The notes under the pieces: generated by a model | What the model saw: only the letters and a program-made list of their open reading frames with translations | Databases searched by the model: none | What the model was told of the DNA's origin: nothing | Shown here: positions 36,400-48,397 of the stretch, piece after piece | How positions within the stretch are numbered: the first letter of the stretch is position 1 | Layout: each line of letters opens with the position of its first letter | Assembly: GCA_032718475.1 (NCBI GenBank) | Contig: JAUCBJ010003610.1 | Coordinates: 1 to 60,243, forward strand | Length of the DNA: 60,243 nt | Reading direction: 5' to 3' | DNA from: Nemertoderma westbladi | Taxonomy: Eukaryota; Animalia; Xenacoelomorpha | Translations under genes and position numbers: made by a program

Positions 36400-37349
36400 T
36401 GTTTGCGCTTTTAAGACCTTTGACAGTTTAACCTGCCAAATTAGGATGTCTTTTAGATGATATATAGTCTTTAGCTTATGACGAGTATTTGATACACTAC
36501 ATTAGCCGAAGCCAGTCTATGCGCAATCATTCACCCGCTGGATATACCCGGGAGACTGAATTCGGAAGCTTAATGATTGATGGTGTAAGCCTACTGTATT
36601 ATTCGACTGATCGTAATATATAATCTCTGACAAATATTATTCACTTTCGGGAAATATTAACAGTTCCTTTAGGACGTGGCGCTCTAAATATATAAACAGA
36701 GTTATGACTTAAACTAGACACAACGAAAGGCTATAGATTCACGTATATGGCGCATTCTTTAGGAGATGCTTTGTTATCAGTCACAATCATACACAATGCT
36801 GCACAATGCTGCACACCAATCTGCCGACCTTCACTAATTTTAGTCACATACAAAGAGAATAACAGACAATACATGTAGGGCCTATAAAATTGATAAGGTA
36901 ACTCGATAACAGATATACGTTCTATAATTAAGCCTACTAATGTAAGACTAAAGACTGAAACACGGAGGTGCCAAAAGCCGGTGTTCTTAGGCTCTGGGCA
37001 AAAACATAACACTGAATTCCTGAGTTTCTGTATCCACCTCCAACACAGAGACAAAAAACGCTCTGATTGGTCGACCGAACAACGAGAGAACAAAGAAACA
37101 AAGAAATGTCGACGTGGCAATATCAGCTGTTAGCCGTCGTCATGGTAGCGACACTGTTTTCAAGAGTATCGAGCTTATTGCGTCACGAAATTGCGGATTA
37201 TGTCCTCTAAAGTACAAATACAGAAGAAATGGCTTTTATGTCCTCTAAAACACCAGTACAGCAAGGACACGGCCTTTTTATGCCTGGTAAACCAACCACA
37301 GAGTACTTTACGGGGAAAATAACCGGCTAATTACGCAAAAGCTTTTACA
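36400..37349 (-). repeat. 5' LTR (950 bp)
   Basis: TGTTTGCGC...GCTTTTACA, near-identical to the 3' LTR. Confidence 0.95.
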
Positions 37350-37354
37350 AGTAT

Positions 37355-38235
37355 ATAGACTAATTATCTAATTTAAACTAAATAAGATACAAGAAATACA
37401 AAATTAATCATTATCACTAATTATTGCACATCCACCAATTTAATATTGAACAATACTGCTAACTAATTACTGCTATATAAGAATTTGCACTGGTCTTGGA
37501 GATGGGATTTTACTGCAGACTTAAAGGCATGTTCATTTTTAATATTTTTAATGTTATTCGGTAGGGAATTCCAATTTTTTATTCCGTTAAAGAAAAAAGG
37601 TTTCGCTTTCAAAGGATTTACTATTGCGAATATAGCAATTTGATGTGCTGGCTCTGGTGCCGTAGGAATGTGTATCACTCAGTATGGTAAATTTTTGACT
37701 CAAGTATTTAGGGCAGTTATCATTAAAAACTTTATGTACATGGTTGAGCCGAAGCTGCTTTACTCTGCTGTCTATTTTAATTAAACCAGACTGATTAAAA
37801 TCTTCAGGGGTTAAATGGTGACGTGGTTTATAATCATTAATAAAACGTACTACCTTGTTTTGAGCTGTTTGCAACCTATTTTTGAGATTTTTAGTTAAGC
37901 CTTCATACCAAGATGAACTTGCATAGTCAATATGACATTGAATTAAAGATGAAGAAAGCAACCTACGAGAATTAAAATTTAGGCTATTTTTATGTCGATA
38001 AAGAAACTGTAGTCTGCCATTAACTTTTGCGATAATATTTTTAACAATGCTTTCTCCGGATAAACTACAATCCAATTTGGAGCCTAAATATTTAAACTTC
38101 TTTTTTATTTTCAATTTTGTGGCCGTTGCTAATTTACTTCAAAGTTTCGTAACTTCGTAGTTTTCGTTCTTTTCGAGCCGAATAAAATATTTTCAGTTTT
38201 GCCGTAGTGAATTGAAAGCTTAGATAAATATTACG
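37355..38235 (-). mobile_element. 5'-truncated, frameshifted CR1/L2-group (Crack-like) LINE; its 3' UTR is split by the BEL element and continues at ~25599-25400
   Basis: KTENILFG, FKYLG, IQCHIDYASSSW, LQTAQNKVVRFI and FFFNGIKNWNSLP. The continuation carries GGACCCCCTTGGAAATAAGC...GGGGTTATCC; a probable AATAAA-(TCTA)n tail lies near 24970-24990. Confidence 0.82.
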
Positions 38236-38404
38236 ACTGGATAAGGAAAGGGGGAATAATTATATTGTAATTATTTCGTTATTAAAATCAGAGTCCCGAG
38301 GAAGTGTATTTTGTATGTTTGCCTACCGAGGCGCGAAAAATCGATTACAGTGTCTACAAGGCGAACTCCAAAGCAGAACTCAATATCCAATATTGGTTTA
38401 TGTA

Positions 38405-38629
38405 GGGTAGGTGTAAAACGCGGATCCGGATCCGGAATTCAAAATTATCAATTAAGGGAAAGGAGCAGGTTACAGTGGCACGTTATTTTAACCAAAACAA
38501 TAAACTAAAGTCAATAGAACAGGTTATAGTTTTATTTTTGGGAGTTATAAAAATGTAAAAAAAATCGACTTCCGTAGGGACAATGTTAAATGTAGAATCC
38601 GGATCCGGATCCGCGTTTTACTCTGACCC
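38405..38629. mobile_element. MULE/MuDR-type MITE with 9-bp TSD GTTTATGTA
   Basis: TIRs GGGTAGGTGTAAAACGCGGATCCGGATCCGGA / TCCGGATCCGGATCCGCGTTTTACTCTGACCC; TSD at 38396-38404 and 38630-38638. Confidence 0.85.
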
Positions 38630-38824
38630 GTTTATGTAGTTAAGCGGCTCTCTAGTTACGTAATAAATATTCGAGAACACTAAATTATTTAACATTGAGT
38701 AAGGCAGCATCAGGAGTTGAAGAGTAGTAAGTAGGCTACAGTAATTTGAATTTATAATGTAGATAGGACAATATGATAATGCTCTCCATAGCGAAAAATA
38801 TCAACCGGCCCTATTGGGGCTCGA

Positions 38825-38868
38825 ACCCGGTACCTAGGTTTCAAACTTCTGGTTATCATCAGCCGGGT
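38825..38868 (-). ncRNA. Type I hammerhead ribozyme motif inside a tRNA-like sequence (copy 1)
   Basis: ACCCGG-CUGAUGA-UAAC(CAGAA)GUUU-GAAA-CCUAGG-UA-CCGGGU. The core is intact; the stem II closing pair is a non-canonical U-U. Confidence 0.8.
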
Positions 38869-39191
38869 GACTGTACTGAGCTACCAGACCGGATGAATAT
38901 TTCGCTGTGGAGTGGGAGATCATATTTAGGCCAACTAATCACTCAAAGGAAAGTACAAGTTCGTTATTCCCGTGCTCTGCCAGAAATGGCAACCATGCCT
39001 CAAATAATAACTATTATACAGTGTTGTAGAAACCACTGTAACCCCGTAATGCCTGGCCCAGGCTGTTAATTAATAATAATAAATTAATTGTTGTGGGGTG
39101 AGTGACGGTGAATTAAATATAAAATGTAGATAGGACAATATGATAATGCTCTCCATAGCGAAAAATATCAACCGGCCCTATTGGGGCTCGA

Positions 39192-39235
39192 ACCCGGTAC
39201 CTAGGTTTCAAACTTCTGGTTATCATCAGCCGGGT
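39192..39235 (-). ncRNA. Type I hammerhead ribozyme motif inside a tRNA-like sequence (copy 2)
   Basis: Identical to copy 1, 367 bp away. Confidence 0.8.
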
Positions 39236-39319
39236 GACTGTACTGAGCTACCAGACCGGATGAATATTTCGCTGTGGAGTGGGAGATCATATTTAGGCCA
39301 ACTAATCACTCAAAGGAAA

Positions 39320-40982
39320 TCAACTCAACTATTTTCCGTCTATCCCTGAGAGCTGATAAAGGATGTGTAGACTCAGCCAGCAGCCAGCAGCAGGAGGGGT
39401 GTAGTCAATAAATTCTGCCTTGATGGAATTTTTTCTATCTCAGGCAGCCCTAAACTCAACCATTCATACACAGCTAGCTGCTGCAGCAGCTCAGGCAGGA
39501 GTTGTTACTTTACCATTGCTTTTAATTTCGCGACAAAATAATTTCAAAAAAACGAAATATATCGAATACCACACCACACATTGAATTGATCTGATATTTT
39601 GTAACGCGATTATGAACCACCAAAGCAATTTACTTGTAAAATTTCAACAAAATCGCCAGGCAGGAAGTGCCTGAACCTAGATAATTATCTGTCAGTCAGT
39701 CAGTCAGTCAGTCAGTGTATATATCCTGAGATTTTTACAGTAATGTATCCCTGAGATTCTTACAGTAAGTATCCCGCCTGTCGAGCGGGCTCCTAACAAA
39801 ATAAATTATACCACTGCAGTAGGATTGTATTATTATCCGACGAATCATTGGGCTGATTATTTTGTATACAGGTATAGGATATATGTAGAATGTTCTTAAA
39901 AATAATATTCTTATTTTTTCTTATTACATAGGATTAGCATAATTTTTTAGCTGAAGCATTAATAGTGTAATTTAATTTAATTATATTTTAATACCATTAC
40001 TACATTGGCATAAGATAAGTTTTAACATTTCTTACAAATATTATAAAACTCAATAGTGGTGCGAGCATAAAACTCAAATCACACAAATTTAAAAGAACCG
40101 GGTGTGTTGTCAAAATATCTATCTCCATAGGTTGTTCTGCTGGACTGGGTCTGGGTGCGGCTTTGCTTTTGGGACGGGGTGCTGATTGAAAGGGGGGTTG
40201 AAGGGGGGTTGAAGGGGGGGGGGGGGGGACTGTCCCCACTTTTCACTTTGACTGATTTGCGGTTTTGTTAAATTTCTTGGATATAGTTGTTGTGATGCTA
40301 AAATTTAATTTGTCTTTGATAATGTATTATTTTGTTTCATATTGTTTAGACCTTCAATTTTCATAATATATTACTTGAGTTTTTGTTTATACATTTGCTC
40401 TATAATATATTATATAATTTGTATTTATTCAAAAAATTTCATGAAACTGTTATCACTATTATTATCTTACTAGAACTACTGACACTAATGTGGAACAGCT
40501 AGGATATTTGCGCTTTGTTTGTGTTTTAGTTTTAGTAACTATAGCTACCCCTTTCTATTGTTAGTTTTGTTCTATAATGCAGCATTGGTTGATTGCCTTA
40601 GCAGCCGGTGTTGTAATATTCGTATGGAAAATGGAGTCTTCATTTATAATATAGGGTGGTTCTATGGTGGGTTCAGAGTCATCACTCGCTCGGTGTCCTG
40701 GTTGTGCATCATGGGCATTTTTTCATAAATATTCGGTAATCTTATATCTTGTAAACGTGCTTATTTGCTTCATATTATATTTTTGTTAGTGGTAGCAAAG
40801 TTTAATTTTGTATTATGTGGGACGATCGACAAAGTCAGCTAGCCTCACGCCTTACAGTTTAGACAATTGTTTAGTTTAGGCCTACTTACTAGCCCTACAG
40901 CTGACTGACATAGTTCATTTGTAATAGTCTTGGCTAGGATTCTTCCCCCGAGCTCCTTCCAGCCAGCTTGCTGGCTTTCTAG
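39320..40982 (+). mobile_element. Non-autonomous Helitron-like repeat, copy 1 (module X 39320-39797, module Y ~39810-40982)
   Basis: Ends GCCAGC-TT-GCTGGC-TTT-CTAG|T (hairpin plus CTAG). Module X carries (TCAG)n and its own hairpin CCCGC..GCGGG-CTCCTA. Homologous to 42320-45602 and 48398-49357. Confidence 0.7.
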
Positions 40983-42319
40983 TTACTTGAGTTACTGAAT
41001 AAAAACCGAAAGTGTAAGGCAATTTTAATAATAACGTCCGTAACACACCATACAAACGCTGATTCAATTATTAAGTAATGGTAATAAATGTAGTAATTTA
41101 TCGGTAATTAGCCGTTTCACACATAGTGATTGCCTATATTCACTCCCTCAGGTGAAGGCCTGACTTTCACCTGGCTTCACATAAGGATGACTAATAATGT
41201 CAAATTAAACCACAGTCACACAAGTAAACTCTCTGACTCAATCAACAATTCGCACGGAAATGCACCTGCAATTTTTGCACTCGCACAATGTCACACAAAC
41301 GGAATTCGCAAAGGTTACCACAATGCTATAACACCTCAAACCAAACAATCAGTATCACACCAAATAATCGCCGGATTATATCTATATTGTCTTTTGTCAA
41401 GTAACGCCGTCCCAGTTCAGTAAGGTTTAACTACGCGTTCGTGCCACTAGCTTACGAATTACACTCCCTCGGGTAACGTAAGACATGTTCTGCCGTCAAC
41501 ATGTCTGGAGGATTTACATATCGGGGACAATGCAATGTTTCAAATCCTTTAACAATTCGTCGATAAAGCATTCAGTTCTCAGTATCAAGCAGAATAAAAA
41601 CATGTACGAATAACACAACACTAGTTCTACACGTATTTGAAGTAGTTTACTTACATGGAAGACTGTTGGACGCAGTAGGAATAGTAAAGTGATCAGTTTC
41701 ACTACAGCCTACTGTAACCAACTCCTAGATGTTATGATGGTAATATAATTGATTATACTCATGTATGAAAAACACTTCTTGGGGGCAGCATTTAGAAATT
41801 AAATTCATATTGTCAAGGCTTTTACAGACGGGCTGACAATCACTGATGATTGTCCCTAGGAGCTAACTTCGGATCTGCTAAAAATAGGTTCGTTTATATA
41901 GTTCGGTGAGCACTATCAAATGCCTTGGGATACCTGCCACACGGCGTAGTATGATCCCGAGTCTCGTATATTCATGAACAATACAGGCAATAATAATAAC
42001 TATAATATAATGATTATAACGAATAAGATATGATGTTTATACAAATGCGCATCAACAAGCAAGTGCAATGCACCAGCAAGGTAAGAATTTATAGATCCGT
42101 ATTAACTATATGAACCTAATACCATTACAAGCTTCAGATCTTATGGTTAGGCCTGATATTACATGGAAATACTGTTGCTTATATAAATGTAGTTCAATGG
42201 AGCACAGCCAATAAGGTGTAAGAATGGTACAAAGGGTAGCACCCAATGAGAGTCTAGTACTATGCCAATCGGGTAAACAAGGTTAGTGATGGCGTATGAC
42301 ACAGATTGAACATAAATAG

Positions 42320-45300
42320 TTAGGAGCCCGCTCTACAGGCGGGATACTTACTGTAAAAATCTCAGGATATATAACACTGACTGACTGACTGACTGACTGA
42401 CTGACTGACTGACTGACTGACTGACTGACTGACTGACTGACTGACTGACTGACTGACTGACTGACTGACTGACTGACTGACTGACTGACTGACTGACTGA
42501 CTGACTGACTGACTGACTGACTGACTGACTGACTGACTGACTGACTGACTGACTGACTGACTGACTGACTGACTGACTGACTGACTGACTGACTGACTGA
42601 CTGACTGACTGACTGACTGACTGACTGACTGACTGACTGACTGACTGACTGACTGACTGACTGACTGACTGACTGACTGACTGACTGACTGACTGACTGA
42701 CTGACTGACTGACTGACTGACTGACTGACTGACTGACTGACTGACTGACTGACTGACTGACTGACTGACTGACTGACTGACTGACTGACTGACTGACTGA
42801 CTGACTGACTGACTGACTGACTGACTGACTGACTGACTGACTGACTGACTGACTGACTGACTGACTGACTGACTGACTGACTGACTGACTGACTGACTGA
42901 CTGACTGACTGACTGACTGACTGACTGACTGACTGACTGACTGACTGACTGACTGACTGACTGACTGACTGACTGACTGACTGACTGACTGACTGACTGA
43001 CTGACTGACTGACTGACTGACTGACTGACTGACTGACTGACTGACTGACTGACTGACTGACTGACTGACTGACTGACTGACTGACTGACTGACTGACTGA
43101 CTGACTGACTGACTGACTGACTGACTGACTGACTGACTGACTGACTGACTGACTGACTGACTGACTGACTGACTGACTGACTGACTGACTGACTGACTGA
43201 CTGACTGACTGACTGACTGACTGACTGACTGACTGACTGACTGACTGACTGACTGACTGACTGACTGACTGACTGACTGACTGACTGACTGACTGACTGA
43301 CTGACTGACTGACTGACTGACTGACTGACTGACTGACTGACTGACTGACTGACTGACTGACTGACTGACTGACTGACTGACTGACTGACTGACTGACTGA
43401 CTGACTGACTGACTGACTGACTGACTGACTGACTGACTGACTGACTGACTGACTGACTGACTGACTGACTGACTGACTGACTGACTGACTGACTGACTGA
43501 CTGACTGACTGACTGACTGACTGACTGACTGACTGACTGACTGACTGACTGACTGACTGACTGACTGACTGACTGACTGACTGACTGACTGACTGACTGA
43601 CTGACTGACTGACTGACTGACTGACTGACTGACTGACTGACTGACTGACTGACTGACTGACTGACTGACTGACTGACTGACTGACTGACTGACTGACTGA
43701 CTGACTGACTGACTGACTGACTGACTGACTGACTGACTGACTGACTGACTGACTGACTGACTGACTGACTGACTGACTGACTGACTGACTGACTGACTGA
43801 CTGACTGACTGACTGACTGACTGACTGACTGACTGACTGACTGACTGACTGACTGACTGACTGACTGACTGACTGACTGACTGACTGACTGACTGACTGA
43901 CTGACTGACTGACTGACTGACTGACTGACTGACTGACTGACTGACTGACTGACTGACTGACTGACTGACTGACTGACTGACTGACTGACTGACTGACTGA
44001 CTGACTGACTGACTGACTGACTGACTGACTGACTGACTGACTGACTGACTGACTGACTGACTGACTGACTGACTGACTGATAATTATCCAGGTTCAGGCA
44101 CTCCCTGCCTGGCGATTTTGTTGCAATTTTACAAGTAAATTGCTTTGGTGGTTCATAATCTCATTACAAAATATCAGATCGTTTCTATATGTGGTATTCG
44201 ATATATTTCGTTTTTTGAAATTATTTTGTCGCGAAATTAAAAGCAATGGTAAAGTAACAACTCCCTGAGCTGCTGCAGCAGCTAGCTGTGTAGGAATGGT
44301 TGAGTGCAGGGCTGCCTGAGATAGAATTCCATCAAGGCAGAATTTATTGACTACACCCCTCCTGCTGGCTGAGTCTACACATCCTTTACAGCTCTCAGGG
44401 ATAGACAGAAAATAGTTGAGTTGTCAATAAACAAAATAAACTAGAAAGCCAGCAAGCCAGCAAGCTGGCTGGAAGGAGCCCGGGGGAAGAATCCTAGCCA
44501 AGACTATTACAAATGAACTATGTCAGTCAGCTGTAGGCCTAGTAAGTAGGCCTAAACTAAACAATTGTCTAAACTGTAAGGCGTGAGGCTAGCTGACTTT
44601 GTGGATCGTCCCACATAATAAAAAATTCAACTTTGCTACCACTAACAAAAATATAATATGAAGCAAATAATTTCATTATCAAGCACGTTTACAAGATATA
44701 AGATTACCGAATATTTATGAAAAAATTCCCATGATGCACAACCAGGACACCGAGCGAGTGATGACCCTGAACCCACCCTAGAACCACCCTATATTATAAA
44801 TGCAGACTCCATTTCCATACGAATATTTCAACACCACCGGCTGCTAAGGCAATCTACCAATGCTGCATTATAGAACAAAACTGACAATAGAAAGGGGTAG
44901 CTATAGTTGCTAAAACTAAAACACAAACAAAGCTCAAATATCCTAGCTGTTCCACATTAGTGTCAGTAGTTCTAGTAAGATAATAATAGTAATAACAGTT
45001 TCATTAAATTTTTTGAATAAATACAAATTATATAATATATTATAGAGCAACTGTATAAACAACAACTCAACTAATATTATGAAAATTGAAGGTCTAAACA
45101 ATATGAAACAAAATAATATATTATCAAAGACAAATTAAATTTTAGCATCACAACAACTATATCCAAGAAATTTAACAAAACCGCAAATCAGTTAAAGTGA
45201 AAAGGGGGGACAGTTCCCCCCTTCAACCCCCCTTTCAATCAGCACCCGTCCCAAAAGCAAAGCCGCACCCAGACCCAGTCAGGCAGAATAACCTATGGAG

Positions 45301-45602
45301 ATAGATTTTATGACAACACACCCGGTTTTTTTTTAAACTTGCGTGATTTGAGTTTTATGCTCGCACCACTATTGAGTTTTATAATATTTGTAAGAAATGT
45401 TAAAACTTATCTTATGCCAATGTAGTAATGGTATTAAAATATAATTAAATTAATTTGCACTATTAATGCTTCAGCTAAAAATGATGCTAATCCTATGTAA
45501 TAATAAAAATAAGAATATTATTTTTAAGAACTTTCTACATATATCCTATACAAAATAATCAGCCCAATGATTCGTCGGATAATAATACAATCCTACTGCA
45601 GT
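42320..45602 (-). mobile_element. Helitron-like repeat, copy 2, inverted and with module order Y then X
   Basis: Reverse complement of both modules; Y-end/X-start junction at ~44430-44441; cut at 45602 by the LINE. Confidence 0.75.
42377..44080. repeat. Perfect (CTGA)n microsatellite, 1704 bp (426 units)
   Basis: No interruption seen. Confidence 0.98.
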
Positions 45603-48375
45603 TGTGTCACTGCTACCCCTGGTACAACAGCGAGTGTTCTACTAAAAAGGCGGCATTTCGTACAGCGCTAAATAACTGGAATAGGAATCGGTCTCCAGAG
45701 GCCCATTTGCTATTATCAAAAGCACGTGGAGTTTATCTTAGTTGTATACGGCGGACAAAATTTGCATTCAAGGTTTCCCAATCAAAAAAACTTGCAGAAT
45801 ACTCTGTAACGGAAACTAAAAAGTTCTGGAAACTTCTGTCTAAAGCTAGTCAGTCCAACCGTGGCAGTGATTGTACAAAACATATTTCATTAAATGTCCT
45901 TGAAAATCATTTCTCCAACCTGTGTAAGAATAATAGTGATGACAATTTTATTGACATTGGAATTACGCCTCAAAGACCAAATAATTTCAATATGCATAAA
46001 GATATTTTCGAAAATTTACTTGGAGATGCTTTTACTGAAGAGGAAGTTCAGGGTGGAATAAGAAATCTCAAGAGAGGTAAAGCATCCGGTGCTGATCTCC
46101 TAATAAATGAATTCTTTGTAGTTGGCTGCTCGCAGTTGACACCTGTGATGACAATACTTTTCAATGCTGTGCTTTTCTCTGGGCATTTTCCCGAGGCATG
46201 GACCGATGCTATTATCAGCCCGATTTACAAAAACAAAGGTAGCAAGTCAGAGGGTGGAAACTACAGGGGAATCAGTCTATTAAGTGTTCTTGGTAAACTC
46301 TTTACAGGTTTAATTAACTCTCGTTTAACTTGGTGGGTCGATGTATCAGGACTCCTAAGTGACGCACAGGCGGGTTTTAGGAAAGGGTTTAGTACTGTAG
46401 ATCATATATTTACGCTGAACACTATTGTGAATCACTTAATAAACTCAAAAATGAAACTATACGCATGCTTTGTCGATTTTCGAAAAGCTTTCGATAGTGT
46501 GGACAGACAGGCACTCTGGTTAAAATTAAGTAACATGGGTTTTTGCGGGAGAATTTTTAATATTATTAAGGAAATGTATAAGGCAATAAAATCACGTGTT
46601 CGTTGGGATGGTCAATTTTCACAATCTTTTGACTGTCTAGCTGGAGTCTTACAGGGCGAATCTCTATCGCCCCTTCTTTTCTCACTGTTTCTCAATGACT
46701 TTGAGAGTCACATGTCTACATGCGGGGTTGACAGCTTGGACATCGGTACCTTACAACTGTTTATGTTACTCTATGCGGACGATATTGTCCTCGTTTCCCA
46801 CTCGTCCCTTGGCCTGCAGAGATCTTTACATGCTTTGTCGGACTACTGTAAGTTCTGGGGACTCAGTGTAAACCTTGATAAGACTAAAGTGGTTGTCTTT
46901 AAAAAGGCGGGGTCAATGTCCCCACTGGATACATGGACTTACAATGGCACTCCCGTTCAGGTGGTGTCACAGTATTTGTACCTGGGAGTTGTTTTCTCCT
47001 CAGGGGGTAGCTCTTTAGCAGCTCAGAAATTGTTGTGTGACAAAGCTAATAAGGCCATATTTTCGTTGTCGAGGTATATGTATTGTTTTCCTACGGCGCC
47101 TGTGCAACTTTTATGCAAACTGTTTCAATGTCTTATTAAACCTATTTTAAATTACGGTTGTGAGGTCTGGGGATTTTGCCCTGCATTGGGTATCGAGCGA
47201 ATCCAGCTGTCTTTCTTAAAAAGAGTGCTTAAATTGAAATCGTCAACCCCAAACTATATGGTGTACGGCGAGTGTGGTATTTTCCCGCTCATAGTTGAAA
47301 GGAAAGTGAGTATTCTAAAATATTGGCTAAAACTTATTACAATGCCAGATTCTAGAATCGCAAAACAAGCCTACACATTGGCTGTAAATGATTGTTTACG
47401 CAAACCGTCGCTTTCAAATTGGGCTTCGCGAGTACGGGATTTATTGAACGGAATTGGCTTATCTTGGGCTTGGCGTGACCAGTTCGTACCAGAGGAACTA
47501 AAATTTTTAGCTATAGCTAAACGGGTACTTAAAGAACAATTTATTCAGAATTGGTGGTCCTTAATAAATAATTCGCCCAAGGGTACTCTTTATGTAAAGT
47601 ACTGCTTCCGACCTGAATTATACCTTAGTGTGCTAACTGAACATCCACAACTGAGATATTCGCTTTCGAAGTTCAGATGTTCTTCGCATCAGTTGGCTAT
47701 AGAATCTGGGCGATGGCGAAGAGTTGCTCGCTCCGATCGGGTGTGTCAAGTATGCAACACCACCGACCAAATAGAAGACGAGTATCATTTTTTGTTTGTG
47801 TGCCCTAAATATAACGCTCTGAGAACCCAATATTTAGATTCGCATCATAGCGCAACCCCTCCCAGTTTTGAAAAATTTCGCCTATTTCACTTGTCCTCGG
47901 ATTCGTCCGTAATTATGAATTTGGCACTTTTTGTCCACAAAGCAATGGCCCTGAGGGCAGAGGTATTAACACCGACTATAGTTGGTGTAACAAGCATAGC
48001 TTCTGTTGTACTCTAGAAAGTTAAAGATTATAACCATCTTGAAATACATAGAAAAACTGATGTTGGTAAATAACTCCCTCTCCCAATGTATATCGCTTTA
48101 AATTGTATATATTATCGTATGTACGTATTTGTATTTCATCTGTACCATATATTCTCGTACTATCAAGATCAACTACGGTATACGATTGTGAATTTTGGCT
48201 TTGTTAACGGTAATTTTGGTAATGGCCAACGTTATATTGGTGGATTAGCTGGCGCTCGGCAAATACTTACAATTAATAACATTTGGTGCTTTCGATATAA
48301 ATTAATATGTGTTACCGGTACATTCACTATGTGACAATTTCATTAACTTGAATGTCGATTGATTAATAAACAAAT
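45602..48375 (+). mobile_element. 5'-truncated non-LTR retrotransposon (RTEX-like) with an intact RT frame (45602-48016) and 3' UTR
   Basis: NYRGISLLS, QAGFR, FVDFRKAFDSV, QGESLSP, LLYADD, YLYLG, PILNYGCEVWG and C-terminal HQLAIESGR..CQVC..EDEYHFLFVC. No endonuclease; AATAAA at ~48365. Clade assignment tentative. Confidence 0.9.
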
Positions 48376-48397
48376 TGTTCCTATGTATATTTTATTA

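Larger units (their letters stand above)
25605..37349 (-). mobile_element. BEL/Pao LTR retrotransposon, non-autonomous (Gag-protease only), 5-bp TSD AGTAT
   Basis: TGT...ACA LTRs at both ends; AGTAT at 25600-25604 and 37350-37354; PPT-like GGGAGCGG abutting the 3' LTR (26763-26770); BEL-type Gag and protease. Confidence 0.95.
38756..39319 (-). mobile_element. Retrozyme-like element: two identical 197-bp direct repeats (38756-38952, 39123-39319) flanking a 170-bp unique segment
   Basis: Repeat offset of 367 bp. Each repeat contains a tRNA A-box, a hammerhead motif and a B-box. Confidence 0.8.

Noticed and set aside
26228-37120. Twin ORFs MPRRHFFVSL... (26228-26533 and 36731-37120)
   Set aside because: They lie inside the LTRs, have non-ATG starts and no recognisable motif; duplicated only because the LTR is.
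38773-39349. Twin ORFs MIMLSIAKN..., and a functional tRNA gene call
   Set aside because: The ORFs are antisense to the ribozyme repeat and have no motif. The tRNA-like sequence has no anticodon arm, so it is not a tRNA gene.
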